Positions 1 to 7,127 of a DNA stretch of 42,733 bases are shown piece after piece; position 1 is the stretch's first letter; each line of letters starts with the position of its first letter. The stretch spans positions 1 through 42,733 of the forward strand of contig DATDVI010000069.1 in NCBI GenBank assembly GCA_035290125.1, in the 5' to 3' direction. The position numbers and the translations under genes are program-made. The notes below the pieces were generated by a model. It saw only the letters and a program-made list of their open reading frames with translations. It did not search any database and was not told the origin of the DNA. This stretch comes from Candidatus Anderseniibacteriota bacterium (GTDB lineage Bacteria > Patescibacteriota > Andersenbacteria > UBA10190).

Positions 1-2
1 CC

Positions 3-86
3 CCAACGCCTACCCCAACCCCAACGCCTACCCCGACTCCAACCCCGACTCCTACGCCTACACCCGAACCAACGCCAACACCAACT
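3..86 (+). repeat. Tandem CCN-ACN codon repeat encoding a (Pro-Thr)n linker inside the surface-protein CDS
   Basis: 28 consecutive codons read PTPTPTPTPTPTPTPTPTPTPEPTPTPT. Confidence 0.85.
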
Positions 87-614
87 GATCACCCTGAACC
101 GATCGCACACTTAACAGTCAAAAAGACGGACAACCGCGACGTAACGCGCCCTGGCCACACCTTGACCTACGAAATCACGGTCAAGAACGACGGCGACCAG
201 AAGATCGATGACCTCGAAGTCACCGACATTGTCCCCGGTCAAGTGACGATCACGCAGGTATCCAGTGGCGGACGCGTTGAGGGCAACAGAGTAATCTGGT
301 CCAATCTCGGCCTCGCCGATGGCGAAGAACTCACGTTCTTCATCACGGTGAAAGTCAAAGCCGACACCAAGAACGGCCACACGCTGATCAACTCCGTCAA
401 AGCCCGCAGCGAAGACAAAGGCCTCTCGGCCAGCGATGAAGACAGAACGATTGTGGAAGTAGCCGGCAAAATAGCGGCCACCAAAACCGAACCGACCAGC
501 CCGCAGCCAGTGCCAATCAGCGCCAAGACCGGCGGTAGCCCATTCAGCGCCCTGTTCTCAATCCTGACTGGTGCCGGTAGCCTGATCCACGCCCTGCGTC
601 GCTTCGGAGTCTAA
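3..614 (+). CDS. Surface protein, 5'-partial: Pro-Thr linker, DUF11-like repeat domain, and a C-terminal sorting-signal-like tail
   Basis: The frame is open from the window edge. The N-terminal part reads (PT)n. 'TYEITVKNDGDQKIDDLEVTD...GEELTFFITVKV' resembles a DUF11/conserved repeat domain. The C-terminus is 'SAKTGG' + hydrophobic stretch + RR, which is LPXTG-like. Confidence 0.7.
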   Translation, partial: PTPTPTPTPTPTPTPTPTPTPEPTPTPTDHPEPIAHLTVKKTDNRDVTRPGHTLTYEITVKNDGDQKIDDLEVTDIVPGQVTITQVSSGGRVEGNRVIWSNLGLADGEELTFFITVKVKADTKNGHTLINSVKARSEDKGLSASDEDRTIVEVAGKIAATKTEPTSPQPVPISAKTGGSPFSALFSILTGAGSLIHALRRFGV

Positions 615-634
615 CAATCCAAATAAACAAACGC

Positions 635-666
635 ACAACCCCGCTCATCGAGCGGGGTTGTTGTTT
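635..666 (+). terminator. Rho-independent terminator of the surface-protein gene
   Basis: An 11-bp perfect stem (ACAACCCCGCT / AGCGGGGTTGT) with a 5-nt loop is followed by a T-rich tail (TGTTT). Confidence 0.75.
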
Positions 667-788
667 ATACTATTTGTATCGATTGAACATTCAACCGACG
701 AAACGCATCCACTAGTGTGCGTGCGCGAAGAGTGCCAACATTCTCCCCTCGCCTGGGTCCGCGCAGACAGAATTATCGATGACTAATC

Positions 789-832
789 GGCCACCTGTGG
801 TTCACAAAATCCTGGGTGGTCTTTTTCTTTTT
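789..832 (+). terminator. Terminator-family copy A (GGGTGGTC + TTTTTCTTTTT) with no obvious upstream ORF
   Basis: GGCCACCT...GGGTGGTC forms a stem (with GU pairs) followed by TTTTTCTTTTT. The 3' arm and tail are identical to copy B. Confidence 0.45.
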
Positions 833-951
833 GTAGGTGAGCTTATGCGTGAACAGGATGCGGACCTTTTTCCAGGCTACCACCGAATCTCCCAAAGTGG
901 CCAATTTTGCCCCTGCAGGCCATTAATGAGCCATTTCACGCCACTGCACCA

Positions 952-980
952 TTGACATGAGTCATATAATATGCTATCCT
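952..980 (+). promoter_or_regulatory. Sigma70-like promoter for the NTase gene
   Basis: TTGACA (952-957), a 17-nt spacer, then TGcTATCCT (972-980). The -10 overlaps the small palindrome CTATCC-N5-GGATAG (974-990). Confidence 0.4.
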
Positions 981-1056
981 TTTGGGATAGTAGCGTACTG
1001 ATTGTAACCTTAACAACCAAGCCAAACCACACACCTACTTCGACAAGGAGACTACG

Positions 1057-1692
1057 ATGCTCGATTGCAGCGTTCACTCCCGTGCAAACGCATTGGAGCA
1101 AGCCACCACAACGGCACGCACCCTCTTTGAGGGAGCTTCAAGGCTCGGAAAGCGCAGTCTCAATCAGGCTCCACTTCTGGCCTGGCTGCCCTTTCTAAAA
1201 CTGGGAGCGGATGCTCGCCAAGGCAAGGATTCAGACGTAAACGCCTGCAACCCTGCTATTTGCGAAATCCTGCTCTTCGGTAGCCTGGCAACTCAGACCG
1301 AGGACGTCGGCGACGTTGACCTCATGGTCTTGGATAACGGCTTCTACTCGATGCTGTTCATGGACCAATGCGACCGCAAGAAAAGTCTTCTCCCTGACAG
1401 CAAAGACCAAGGACTCCAGGATAATCTGGGGCTGCTGCTGGAAGGCTACATGGGATACGACGATGACCTGATTAACAGGCTGTCACCGATTCCCACCGAC
1501 CTGCACGTTCTGCCACACACTGTTGTGACGGACGAAGCGCTTCGAGCAGAGGTCGCTCGGCAACACCGAGACCCTCAGTTCTTCGAAAATGCTTTCAAGT
1601 GCATGATGCGCTACGACAGAACGCTTCGAGAGTTTGTTCCCACTACCCTAGCCGAGCTTCAAGAGAGACTGCGGACAAAAGAGTCCGACTAG
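1057..1692 (+). CDS. Pol-beta-fold nucleotidyltransferase (minimal NTase/MNT-like) protein
   Basis: There is an AAGGAG SD 7 nt upstream. 'ILLFGSLATQTEDVGDVDLMVL' fits the hG[GS]-x(9-13)-DhD NTase signature, and a later 'PTDLHVL' could supply the third acidic residue. Confidence 0.6.
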   Translation: MLDCSVHSRANALEQATTTARTLFEGASRLGKRSLNQAPLLAWLPFLKLGADARQGKDSDVNACNPAICEILLFGSLATQTEDVGDVDLMVLDNGFYSMLFMDQCDRKKSLLPDSKDQGLQDNLGLLLEGYMGYDDDLINRLSPIPTDLHVLPHTVVTDEALRAEVARQHRDPQFFENAFKCMMRYDRTLREFVPTTLAELQERLRTKESD

Positions 1693-1727
1693 CCCTCTTC
1701 TGTTCAAGACTCGCCATCAACAACATT

Positions 1728-1774
1728 GACCACCCCTGGTTTTTTACCAGACCTCGGGTGGTCTTTTTCTTTTT
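1728..1774 (+). terminator. Terminator-family copy B
   Basis: The outer stem is GACCACCC/GGGTGGTC and the inner stem is CTGGT/ACCAG, followed by TTTTTCTTTTT. Confidence 0.7.
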
Positions 1775-1790
1775 AGTTAAGTTTGTTCAG

Positions 1791-1799
1791 TGATACAGT
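1791..1799 (+). promoter_or_regulatory. Extended -10 (TGaTACAGT) ending 6 nt before ATG 1806
   Basis: TG-n-TACAGT is followed by GACAAC and then the ATG. No SD is present. Confidence 0.4.
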
Positions 1800-1805
1800 G
1801 ACAAC

Positions 1806-2228
1806 ATGTTTTCAAGCGTATTGGTAAACCTACATTCATATAGCGACATAGGCCTCCTCGCGCTGCGCATTGGCTTGGCAGCCATATTTTGGACGCACGG
1901 CACGAGGAAGTGGCCGATGTGGAAGATGCAGCCCACGGAGCAGCTGCCTCTTTCAATGTTAAAGATTTTGCGCGCGCTCTCCGTTGCTGAACCAGTCGGT
2001 GCCATTGCCGCTCTCCTTGGATTACTGACACCTCTTGCCGCCCTAGGCTTCGCTTTCGTTATGGTCAATGCCATTATCCTAAAAAAGAAGAAAATGAAAC
2101 AACCTTTTGTAAATCCCGACATGTCGCCCGGCTGGGAGTTTGAATTCATTATTCTCGCTGCTGCCATCGCTCTCTTCTTCTTGGGAGCAGGAGCGTTCTC
2201 TCTGGATCGATTAATCTTTGGTGTATAG
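1806..2228 (+). CDS. DoxX-family membrane protein
   Basis: 'LLALRIGLAAIFWTHGTRK' is a DoxX-like N-terminal motif. The protein has about 4 hydrophobic segments. Confidence 0.65.
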   Translation: MFSSVLVNLHSYSDIGLLALRIGLAAIFWTHGTRKWPMWKMQPTEQLPLSMLKILRALSVAEPVGAIAALLGLLTPLAALGFAFVMVNAIILKKKKMKQPFVNPDMSPGWEFEFIILAAAIALFFLGAGAFSLDRLIFGV

Positions 2229-2237
2229 CCAAATTCA

Positions 2238-2270
2238 CTCCGGCACATGCCCGGGTGGTCTTTGTCTTTC
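2238..2270 (+). terminator. Terminator-family copy C (degenerate)
   Basis: It has GGGTGGTC followed by TTTGTCTTTC, but only a short CCGG/CCGG stem upstream. Confidence 0.35.
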
Positions 2271-2287
2271 CGTGGCTACAAACGAAG

Positions 2288-2316
2288 TTGACAGCTAGCT
2301 GCACAGCAGGTAAAAA
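2288..2316 (+). promoter_or_regulatory. Sigma70-like promoter for ORF 2358
   Basis: TTGACA, a 17-nt spacer, then TAAAAA. A GGAGGA SD precedes the ATG. Confidence 0.4.
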
Positions 2317-2357
2317 GCACCTAGTTCATTTCAAGCAACGACCCGGAGGAACGAGCC

Positions 2358-2906
2358 ATGAAAAATGGTCGCGGTATCACGCAAGCGAAGCTGGAAAAGC
2401 TCAGGGCTGAGCTGAAAGAGGAGTTTGGAAAAATAGCAAACGAAAAGATGAGAGGCTTATGTAAGGGCCTTGAAGATGGGTTGCAGATCTCCGTACAACT
2501 CACCCTGCGCTATGAGCCGCAGCTCAGCTGCATCGTAAGTATAGAGCCCTGCGCTGCGCTGGAATCAGCAGATACTTTTGTACTGCCGCCTGATAGAGAG
2601 AACGATTGGTCAGCAACGACCTATCAGCTCTCGCCAGAAGAATGGGAACAGATTGCTCAATTGGCCGACGATACCGACGAGGGAAAGCTCATCAGAGCAC
2701 TCTGCGAAGCCGGCAATCATATCATCACGCGAGATGTAATCGCTGCCGCCTTTGGCAAGCCATTTAGCAATCACATGATTGCTAAGGTAAGGAAAAAACT
2801 GAGAGACGCACACGACAGATTCCGTCTTGAGCAACTCCAGGTCGGATCGGGGCTCTATGGCATCGAGAAGTATACGCCCAAAAATAGACTTACGCATAAG
2901 CAGTAA
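2358..2906 (+). CDS. Hypothetical protein with a C-terminal OmpR/PhoB-like winged-helix segment
   Basis: There is a GGAGGA SD. 'ITRDVIAAAFGKPFSNHMIAKVRKKLRD...GSGLYGIEKY' resembles the trans_reg_C pattern (LTR..L......V.V.I..LRKKL....I.TVRG.GY). Confidence 0.5.
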   Translation: MKNGRGITQAKLEKLRAELKEEFGKIANEKMRGLCKGLEDGLQISVQLTLRYEPQLSCIVSIEPCAALESADTFVLPPDRENDWSATTYQLSPEEWEQIAQLADDTDEGKLIRALCEAGNHIITRDVIAAAFGKPFSNHMIAKVRKKLRDAHDRFRLEQLQVGSGLYGIEKYTPKNRLTHKQ

Positions 2907-2912
2907 GTTAGG

Positions 2913-2983
2913 AACCACCCCTGCTTAACCCACGTAAAGTCACTATGTGACCGCGTGGCAAGCTCGGGTGGTCTTTATTTGTG
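2913..2983 (+). terminator. Terminator-family copy D (long structured hairpin)
   Basis: The outer stem is AACCACCC...GGGTGGT(C), with inner pairings CTGCTT/AAGC and CCACG/CGTGG, followed by TTTATTTGTGTT. Confidence 0.5.
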
Positions 2984-2990
2984 TTAAAAT
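2982..2990 (+). promoter_or_regulatory. Extended -10 (TGtTAAAAT) ending 6 nt before ATG 2997
   Basis: TG-n-TAAAAT is followed by TACTTC and then the ATG. No SD is present. Confidence 0.4.
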
Positions 2991-2996
2991 TACTTC

Positions 2997-3191
2997 ATGA
3001 CAATCGACCCAGCCTTTGTTGTTGCCGTTGGTGATGTATTGCTAAATCTGTCAGCCGGTTGGTTTGGCGCTGCCGTTATTATTCCTGGCACATACCCTCG
3101 CAGCCAACAAGAAAACCTTGTCTATATTGGTATCAATATCTCATTAGGCCTAGCTGCCCTAGCACTTGGCTATAAATTGCGTATAATTTAG
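2997..3191 (+). CDS. Small hydrophobic membrane protein (64 aa)
   Basis: The ORF has two predicted TM stretches, sits in an AT-richer segment, and has a promoter directly upstream. Confidence 0.45.
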   Translation: MTIDPAFVVAVGDVLLNLSAGWFGAAVIIPGTYPRSQQENLVYIGINISLGLAALALGYKLRII

Positions 3192-3193
3192 AC

Positions 3194-3304
3194 ATGAATA
3201 ACGAGAGTAAAAAAGACATATGGGCAGATATCAACAGCCGTGCTGCCATTGCTTTTGCCCTCTCCATCATTGCTCTTGTCTTGGTCTACTTGGTATTCTT
3301 CTAG
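3194..3304 (+). CDS. Possible 36-aa single-TM peptide (MNNESKKDIWADINSRAAIAFALSIIALVLVYLVFF)
   Basis: The ATG lies 3 nt after the previous stop. The ORF is below the ORF-track cutoff. It has a polar head and a TM tail. Confidence 0.3.
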   Translation: MNNESKKDIWADINSRAAIAFALSIIALVLVYLVFF

Positions 3305-3378
3305 GGGAGAGATAAAGGGGTCAAGTACAATTATTGATACTACAGAGCTGATCCGTAGCCCCACTTCGCTTCCGCCAG

Positions 3379-3418
3379 CCCGCGGAGCTTCGCGGGGCAA
3401 AATTGCTTTGCAATTTTG
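3379..3418. terminator. Two adjacent stem-loops between the cassette array and tRNA-Gly (possible bidirectional terminator)
   Basis: CCCGCG-N6-CGCGGG lies at 3379-3396 and CAAAATTGC-TTT-GCAATTTTG at 3398-3418. Confidence 0.35.
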
Positions 3419-3489
3419 AGCGGGTAGCGGGAATCGAACCCGCATTTCAACCTTGGGAAGGTCGTGTTCTACCACTGAACTATACCCGC
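3419..3489 (-). tRNA. tRNA-Gly (anticodon CCC)
   Basis: The reverse complement folds as a cloverleaf: acceptor GCGGGTA/TACCCGC, anticodon loop TTCCCAA, T-arm GCGGG-TTCGATT-CCCGC. No CCA is encoded. Confidence 0.85.
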
Positions 3490-4065
3490 TTATCGCGTAA
3501 CGACTTGTGCCGTTGCCTTATCCCACACGAGCCCTCTCGATAACACCACCACAATCCGCTCGCTGGCCAGCAGGCGAAACAGCTCATCAAGCGATTCTAT
3601 CCTACGCTCAGCCTTGAGCGCTTCCTGGCGCAGCAGTGGTAGAATAACGTATTCATCGTAGTCGGCAAGCGCGAGCCCCGTTGCCTCCCGCACCGCCGCT
3701 TCATCCTTGGCATGCAGAATTTCCTCGCGGTAGCGCACAGCGTCCTGGCTAGTCACCTGCACCTGCAACTGCGCGTATGTCACCAGGCGCTGCCGGATCA
3801 GGGTCGTTAAAGCCTCAGCTGCCGTTGGCGCCGGCTGCCCGCTTGCCTGTGCGAAGCTCTCGCGCGCCTGCCGCTGCTGCTCCCAGCGCACCGTTGTCAC
3901 ACACCCGCGTGTGGTACAGGCGACGGGCCACGGCCAGCGCCGCGCAATCCCCCACTCTAAAATAGTTGTCTGCCAGAGCAACCATGCCCACAGCAACCCC
4001 AGAACAGCGGGCACCAACAGCAGTGCCGCCGTCAGCCACGCTGCCCGCCCTCGTTCACCCGCCAT
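3490..4065 (-). CDS. Hypothetical N-terminally membrane-anchored protein
   Basis: Start chosen at ATG 4065 (MAGERG...). One TM helix is followed by a helical soluble domain. The stop codon directly abuts the tRNA-Gly 5' end. Confidence 0.5.
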   Translation of the reverse strand: MAGERGRAAWLTAALLLVPAVLGLLWAWLLWQTTILEWGIARRWPWPVACTTRGCVTTVRWEQQRQARESFAQASGQPAPTAAEALTTLIRQRLVTYAQLQVQVTSQDAVRYREEILHAKDEAAVREATGLALADYDEYVILPLLRQEALKAERRIESLDELFRLLASERIVVVLSRGLVWDKATAQVVTR

Positions 4066-4429
4066 AAAAAGCCCGCCACCAGCGCAGCGGTATAGGCACG
4101 GCCCGCTCCTCAGCCTCACCGCTCGCCGCCTGCTCCCTCTCTGGCTCCTCGGCCGGCAGTAGCACCACTTTTTCGCCTGGCTTGCTGTAGTTGAGCTTCT
4201 GCCGAGCCATCAATTCCTGAAAGGCGTCGGTGCGAAAATACTGGTTAAGATTTTCCATCTCAATCAGTTTTTTTTCGAGCGCCTTTGCTTCACTCTCCAG
4301 CGCCGCCACCTCGCGCTGCACCGACAGGCGCCGGTTCATTTCCTGCGCTAAAGAAATAAAAATAAACAGAACAATAACGCCGGCGACTGATAATACTAAT
4401 TTGGGTGATACTATCTTCACAAAAGTCAA
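4055..4429 (-). CDS. ftsB: Septum formation initiator (FtsB/DivIC-like)
   Basis: It has a TM helix, a coiled coil, and 'AFQELMARQKLNYSKPGEKVVLL', which is typical of the DivIC/FtsB family. The start is non-ATG (TTG 4429 or GTG 4420). Confidence 0.6.
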   Translation of the reverse strand: MTFVKIVSPKLVLSVAGVIVLFIFISLAQEMNRRLSVQREVAALESEAKALEKKLIEMENLNQYFRTDAFQELMARQKLNYSKPGEKVVLLPAEEPEREQAASGEAEERAVPIPLRWWRAFYGG

Positions 4430-4432
4430 AAA

Positions 4433-5479
4433 TTAGTTCAGCGTCACCGAGCGCTCAACCGTCCCGCGCCGCACCACCAGCGTCAGCGGGCGCTGCCGGC
4501 TGAGCAACCCCACCACGCTCTGCTCCCAGCTGGCTGCTTCGCCTGCGATCGAGACAATCCGGTCCCCCCGGGCCAGCCCAGCTTCCGCCGCGGATGACGC
4601 CGGCGCAACACTGATAACCTCTACGGTGAACGCCGGCGGATTTTCGCCCTCGCGGACAAAGCTATAATCCAAACCAAGCCCGAGCTCGTTCAGGGGGTTG
4701 GCCTCTCGCGCACCCCCAATCACCCGATCCAGACTTTGGCGCAATAAGTCAGCCGGGAGCGCCAGCCCCAAGCGCGGGTTGAGCAAAATCGCCGCCACCG
4801 CACTTTCTTCATCAACGAGCGGGCTGCCTGCCAGGCGGTCGTCTTGCTCAGTACTGCCGCGCAGCAGACGCTGAATTCCTTTAGCCGCCAGCTCGGGCGG
4901 CAACGTGTGCTCGAACACGTCAAAAGGTGCCGAGCGCGCCTGCAGCGTCGTCTCATTGCGGCTGACCGCAATAAGGCGCGTGCCGCCCGACACCCGCTCG
5001 GTGTGCAGATCAAGCGTAGGCAGCACCGCCTCGTTAATCCGCAGGTAACTGAGGCCATAGAGCGTGTCTTGACCAACAAAATCAACGGCCAACTCCTGCC
5101 CGCGGTAATCTGTCGCAATAACCTCCCGCTCGTCCAGGGAAGCGCTCGTCACAACCAGCCCATCGTTGGTCACCACCACGCCAGTGCCCAGGAGAACATC
5201 GCTCTCCTCGCTGCGCTCGCGCAGCAAAACCACCGCGCGCTCAACATTACTCACCACCACTGCTGCCGCCTGGTTAGGCGAAATGGTTACCTCCTGCACT
5301 GTTGAGATCAATTGATCCCGCGTCCCTGGCTCCCGCAGCAGTTCCTGGCGAGCGGGAAAAAAACGGCTCCCGGCGATGCCACCCAGCAAACCAAGCACAA
5401 CAACCGCCGCACTGCCGAGCAAGAGCGCCCCAAACGAAATACGTACGATACCCTGTTGAGAAGATTTTTCTAGGTCCAT
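4433..5479 (-). CDS. HtrA/DegP-like trypsin-fold + PDZ protein; the catalytic triad appears substituted
   Basis: It has an N-terminal TM helix. 'GTGVVVTNDGLVVTSASL' aligns with GSG..I...G.ILTNNHV. The PDZ-like part is 'VISVAPASSAAEAGLARGDRIVSIAG'. Confidence 0.55.
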   Translation of the reverse strand: MDLEKSSQQGIVRISFGALLLGSAAVVVLGLLGGIAGSRFFPARQELLREPGTRDQLISTVQEVTISPNQAAAVVVSNVERAVVLLRERSEESDVLLGTGVVVTNDGLVVTSASLDEREVIATDYRGQELAVDFVGQDTLYGLSYLRINEAVLPTLDLHTERVSGGTRLIAVSRNETTLQARSAPFDVFEHTLPPELAAKGIQRLLRGSTEQDDRLAGSPLVDEESAVAAILLNPRLGLALPADLLRQSLDRVIGGAREANPLNELGLGLDYSFVREGENPPAFTVEVISVAPASSAAEAGLARGDRIVSIAGEAASWEQSVVGLLSRQRPLTLVVRRGTVERSVTLN

Positions 5480-6189
5480 TGTGCGGTCACAAGAATTAAA
5501 AGCGCAGTCGCGACGCCAATACCCGCGTATTCCAGCACATCTTTACGCGTCAGCCGTTTCATATAGCTTAAGCCAAGTAAATTAAAAATGACATAGTACA
5601 GTGCCGTCAGCACGCAGGCTTCAACTAAGTAGTGAACCGGCCAGAATTGCATTGCCCAAACCACCTCGGCAATGGCCAACGTCATGCCGAGAATCGGCAC
5701 CACGCTTTGGCGGGCGAGCGGCACGACGCGTGTCAGCGCCTGATAGCTAATCAAGGCTGTCATGACCGCGACCATCACGAGCGTGGCCAGGGTGGGCAAA
5801 TATAAATGGAAATTAAGCCCAAGGGCAAAAGCAACATTCAAAAAATACACGACCAGCGAGAGCGCCCAATTCCACAGCGGATACGCCTGGCGCGCGCCGT
5901 GCTGTAGCAGCAGAAACAGCAGTACACCCGCCGCGATAATGTAGACATGAAGAATAGAGGTTGTTGGCAGGAGGAACGCAAAACCGCTCAGGCCAATAAT
6001 TGCCACAATGGGCAGGAGCGTGTGCACCCAGCGAAACAGCGGCCCATCTTCCAGCTTAATGAGCACAATACCCAGCGCCACCACCGCCAACGTGCCGATG
6101 ACAATAATAAAAAGCCATCGCTGCAGCGCAAAAATCAGCTCCAGCCCCACCACAAAGAGAAGCGAGAGCAGGGCGTAGTGCGACCGCAT
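5470..6189 (-). CDS. Polytopic membrane protein, function unknown
   Basis: The 239-aa ORF is almost entirely hydrophobic helices and is translationally coupled to its neighbours. Confidence 0.5.
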   Translation of the reverse strand: MRSHYALLSLLFVVGLELIFALQRWLFIIVIGTLAVVALGIVLIKLEDGPLFRWVHTLLPIVAIIGLSGFAFLLPTTSILHVYIIAAGVLLFLLLQHGARQAYPLWNWALSLVVYFLNVAFALGLNFHLYLPTLATLVMVAVMTALISYQALTRVVPLARQSVVPILGMTLAIAEVVWAMQFWPVHYLVEACVLTALYYVIFNLLGLSYMKRLTRKDVLEYAGIGVATALLILVTAQWT

Positions 6190-6194
6190 TGCTG

Positions 6195-7127
6195 TTAGGG
6201 CAGTCGACTCAGATAATCGCCCGCCGAAAGCGCCGCCGAACAGCCCTGGCCGGCCGCCACCACAATTTGTGCATCGCGAATATTGGTCACATCTCCCGCG
6301 GCAAAAAATCCCGGCACATTTGTTGCGCCATAGCGGTCGGCCACGATCGCGCCGAATTCATCGAGCTCCACTAATTTCTTCACTGGTTCAGTGTTGGGCA
6401 GTGCGCCAATCGCCACGAAGATACCCGCCACCGCCAGCTTCTTTTCTTCACCCGCCGCGGTATCTTCAAAGGTCAAGCTATTCACCATCGCCTCTCCGCC
6501 AATCTCCGTGGTTTTAGCGTTATAGATTATCTCTACCTTCGGATCATCGCGAAAGTTTTTTACTAAAATCGGATCAGCCGTAAGCTGCTTATCTATGTGT
6601 AAGAGATAAGTCTTGGTCGCTATTTTCTGCAGCATAATAACGGCCTCCGCACCGGTATTGCCCCCGCCAATAACGGCTACCGCTTTGCCGCTAAAAAGCG
6701 GTGCGTCGCACGTCGCGCAGTACGATACGCCTCGGTTCTTAAACTCTTTCTCCCCGGGCACATTGAGGAGACGCGGGTGCCGGCCAGCCGCGTAGATAAC
6801 CGTTTTAGCCCGAAACTCATGGCCATTCTTTCCGTGCAGCCTAAACCCCTCTTTTTCCCACGAAACTTTCGTGATGCTCGCTTGCACGATCTTAACCATA
6901 TCTTCGTGCGCCCGCAGGTGCTTAACGAACGCCTCCGAAAGGGCGATGCCATCCGTTTCCCCGCCACCGGGCCAGTTTTCGATATCGCCCGAGTTAACTA
7001 CTTCTCCGCCGGGCACTTCGCCAATTAAGATGCACCGCAGCTGCTTGCGCGCCGCGTAAATAGCCGCCGTTATTGCGGCGGGGCCATACCCGACAATGGC
7101 GATGTCGAACAAATTTTCCTTAGGCAT
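6195..7127 (-). CDS. trxB: Thioredoxin-disulfide reductase
   Basis: 'DIAIVGYGPAAITAAIYAAR' is the FAD GxGxxA motif, 'CATCDAPLF' is the redox-active CxxC, and 'VIGGGNTGAEA' is the NADPH site. Start taken at ATG 7127. Confidence 0.85.
   Translation of the reverse strand: MPKENLFDIAIVGYGPAAITAAIYAARKQLRCILIGEVPGGEVVNSGDIENWPGGGETDGIALSEAFVKHLRAHEDMVKIVQASITKVSWEKEGFRLHGKNGHEFRAKTVIYAAGRHPRLLNVPGEKEFKNRGVSYCATCDAPLFSGKAVAVIGGGNTGAEAVIMLQKIATKTYLLHIDKQLTADPILVKNFRDDPKVEIIYNAKTTEIGGEAMVNSLTFEDTAAGEEKKLAVAGIFVAIGALPNTEPVKKLVELDEFGAIVADRYGATNVPGFFAAGDVTNIRDAQIVVAAGQGCSAALSAGDYLSRLP

Noticed and set aside
877-1198. ORFs 877-1101 (minus strand) and 971-1198 (plus strand), and a 58-codon ORF starting at 779.
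   Set aside because: They overlap the promoter and leader or the 5' end of the NTase gene, or read through a terminator hairpin. None has an SD or a recognisable motif.
3188-3475. A 95-aa minus-strand ORF.
   Set aside because: It overlaps the tRNA-Gly gene and the stem-loops. A tRNA cloverleaf explains the sequence better.
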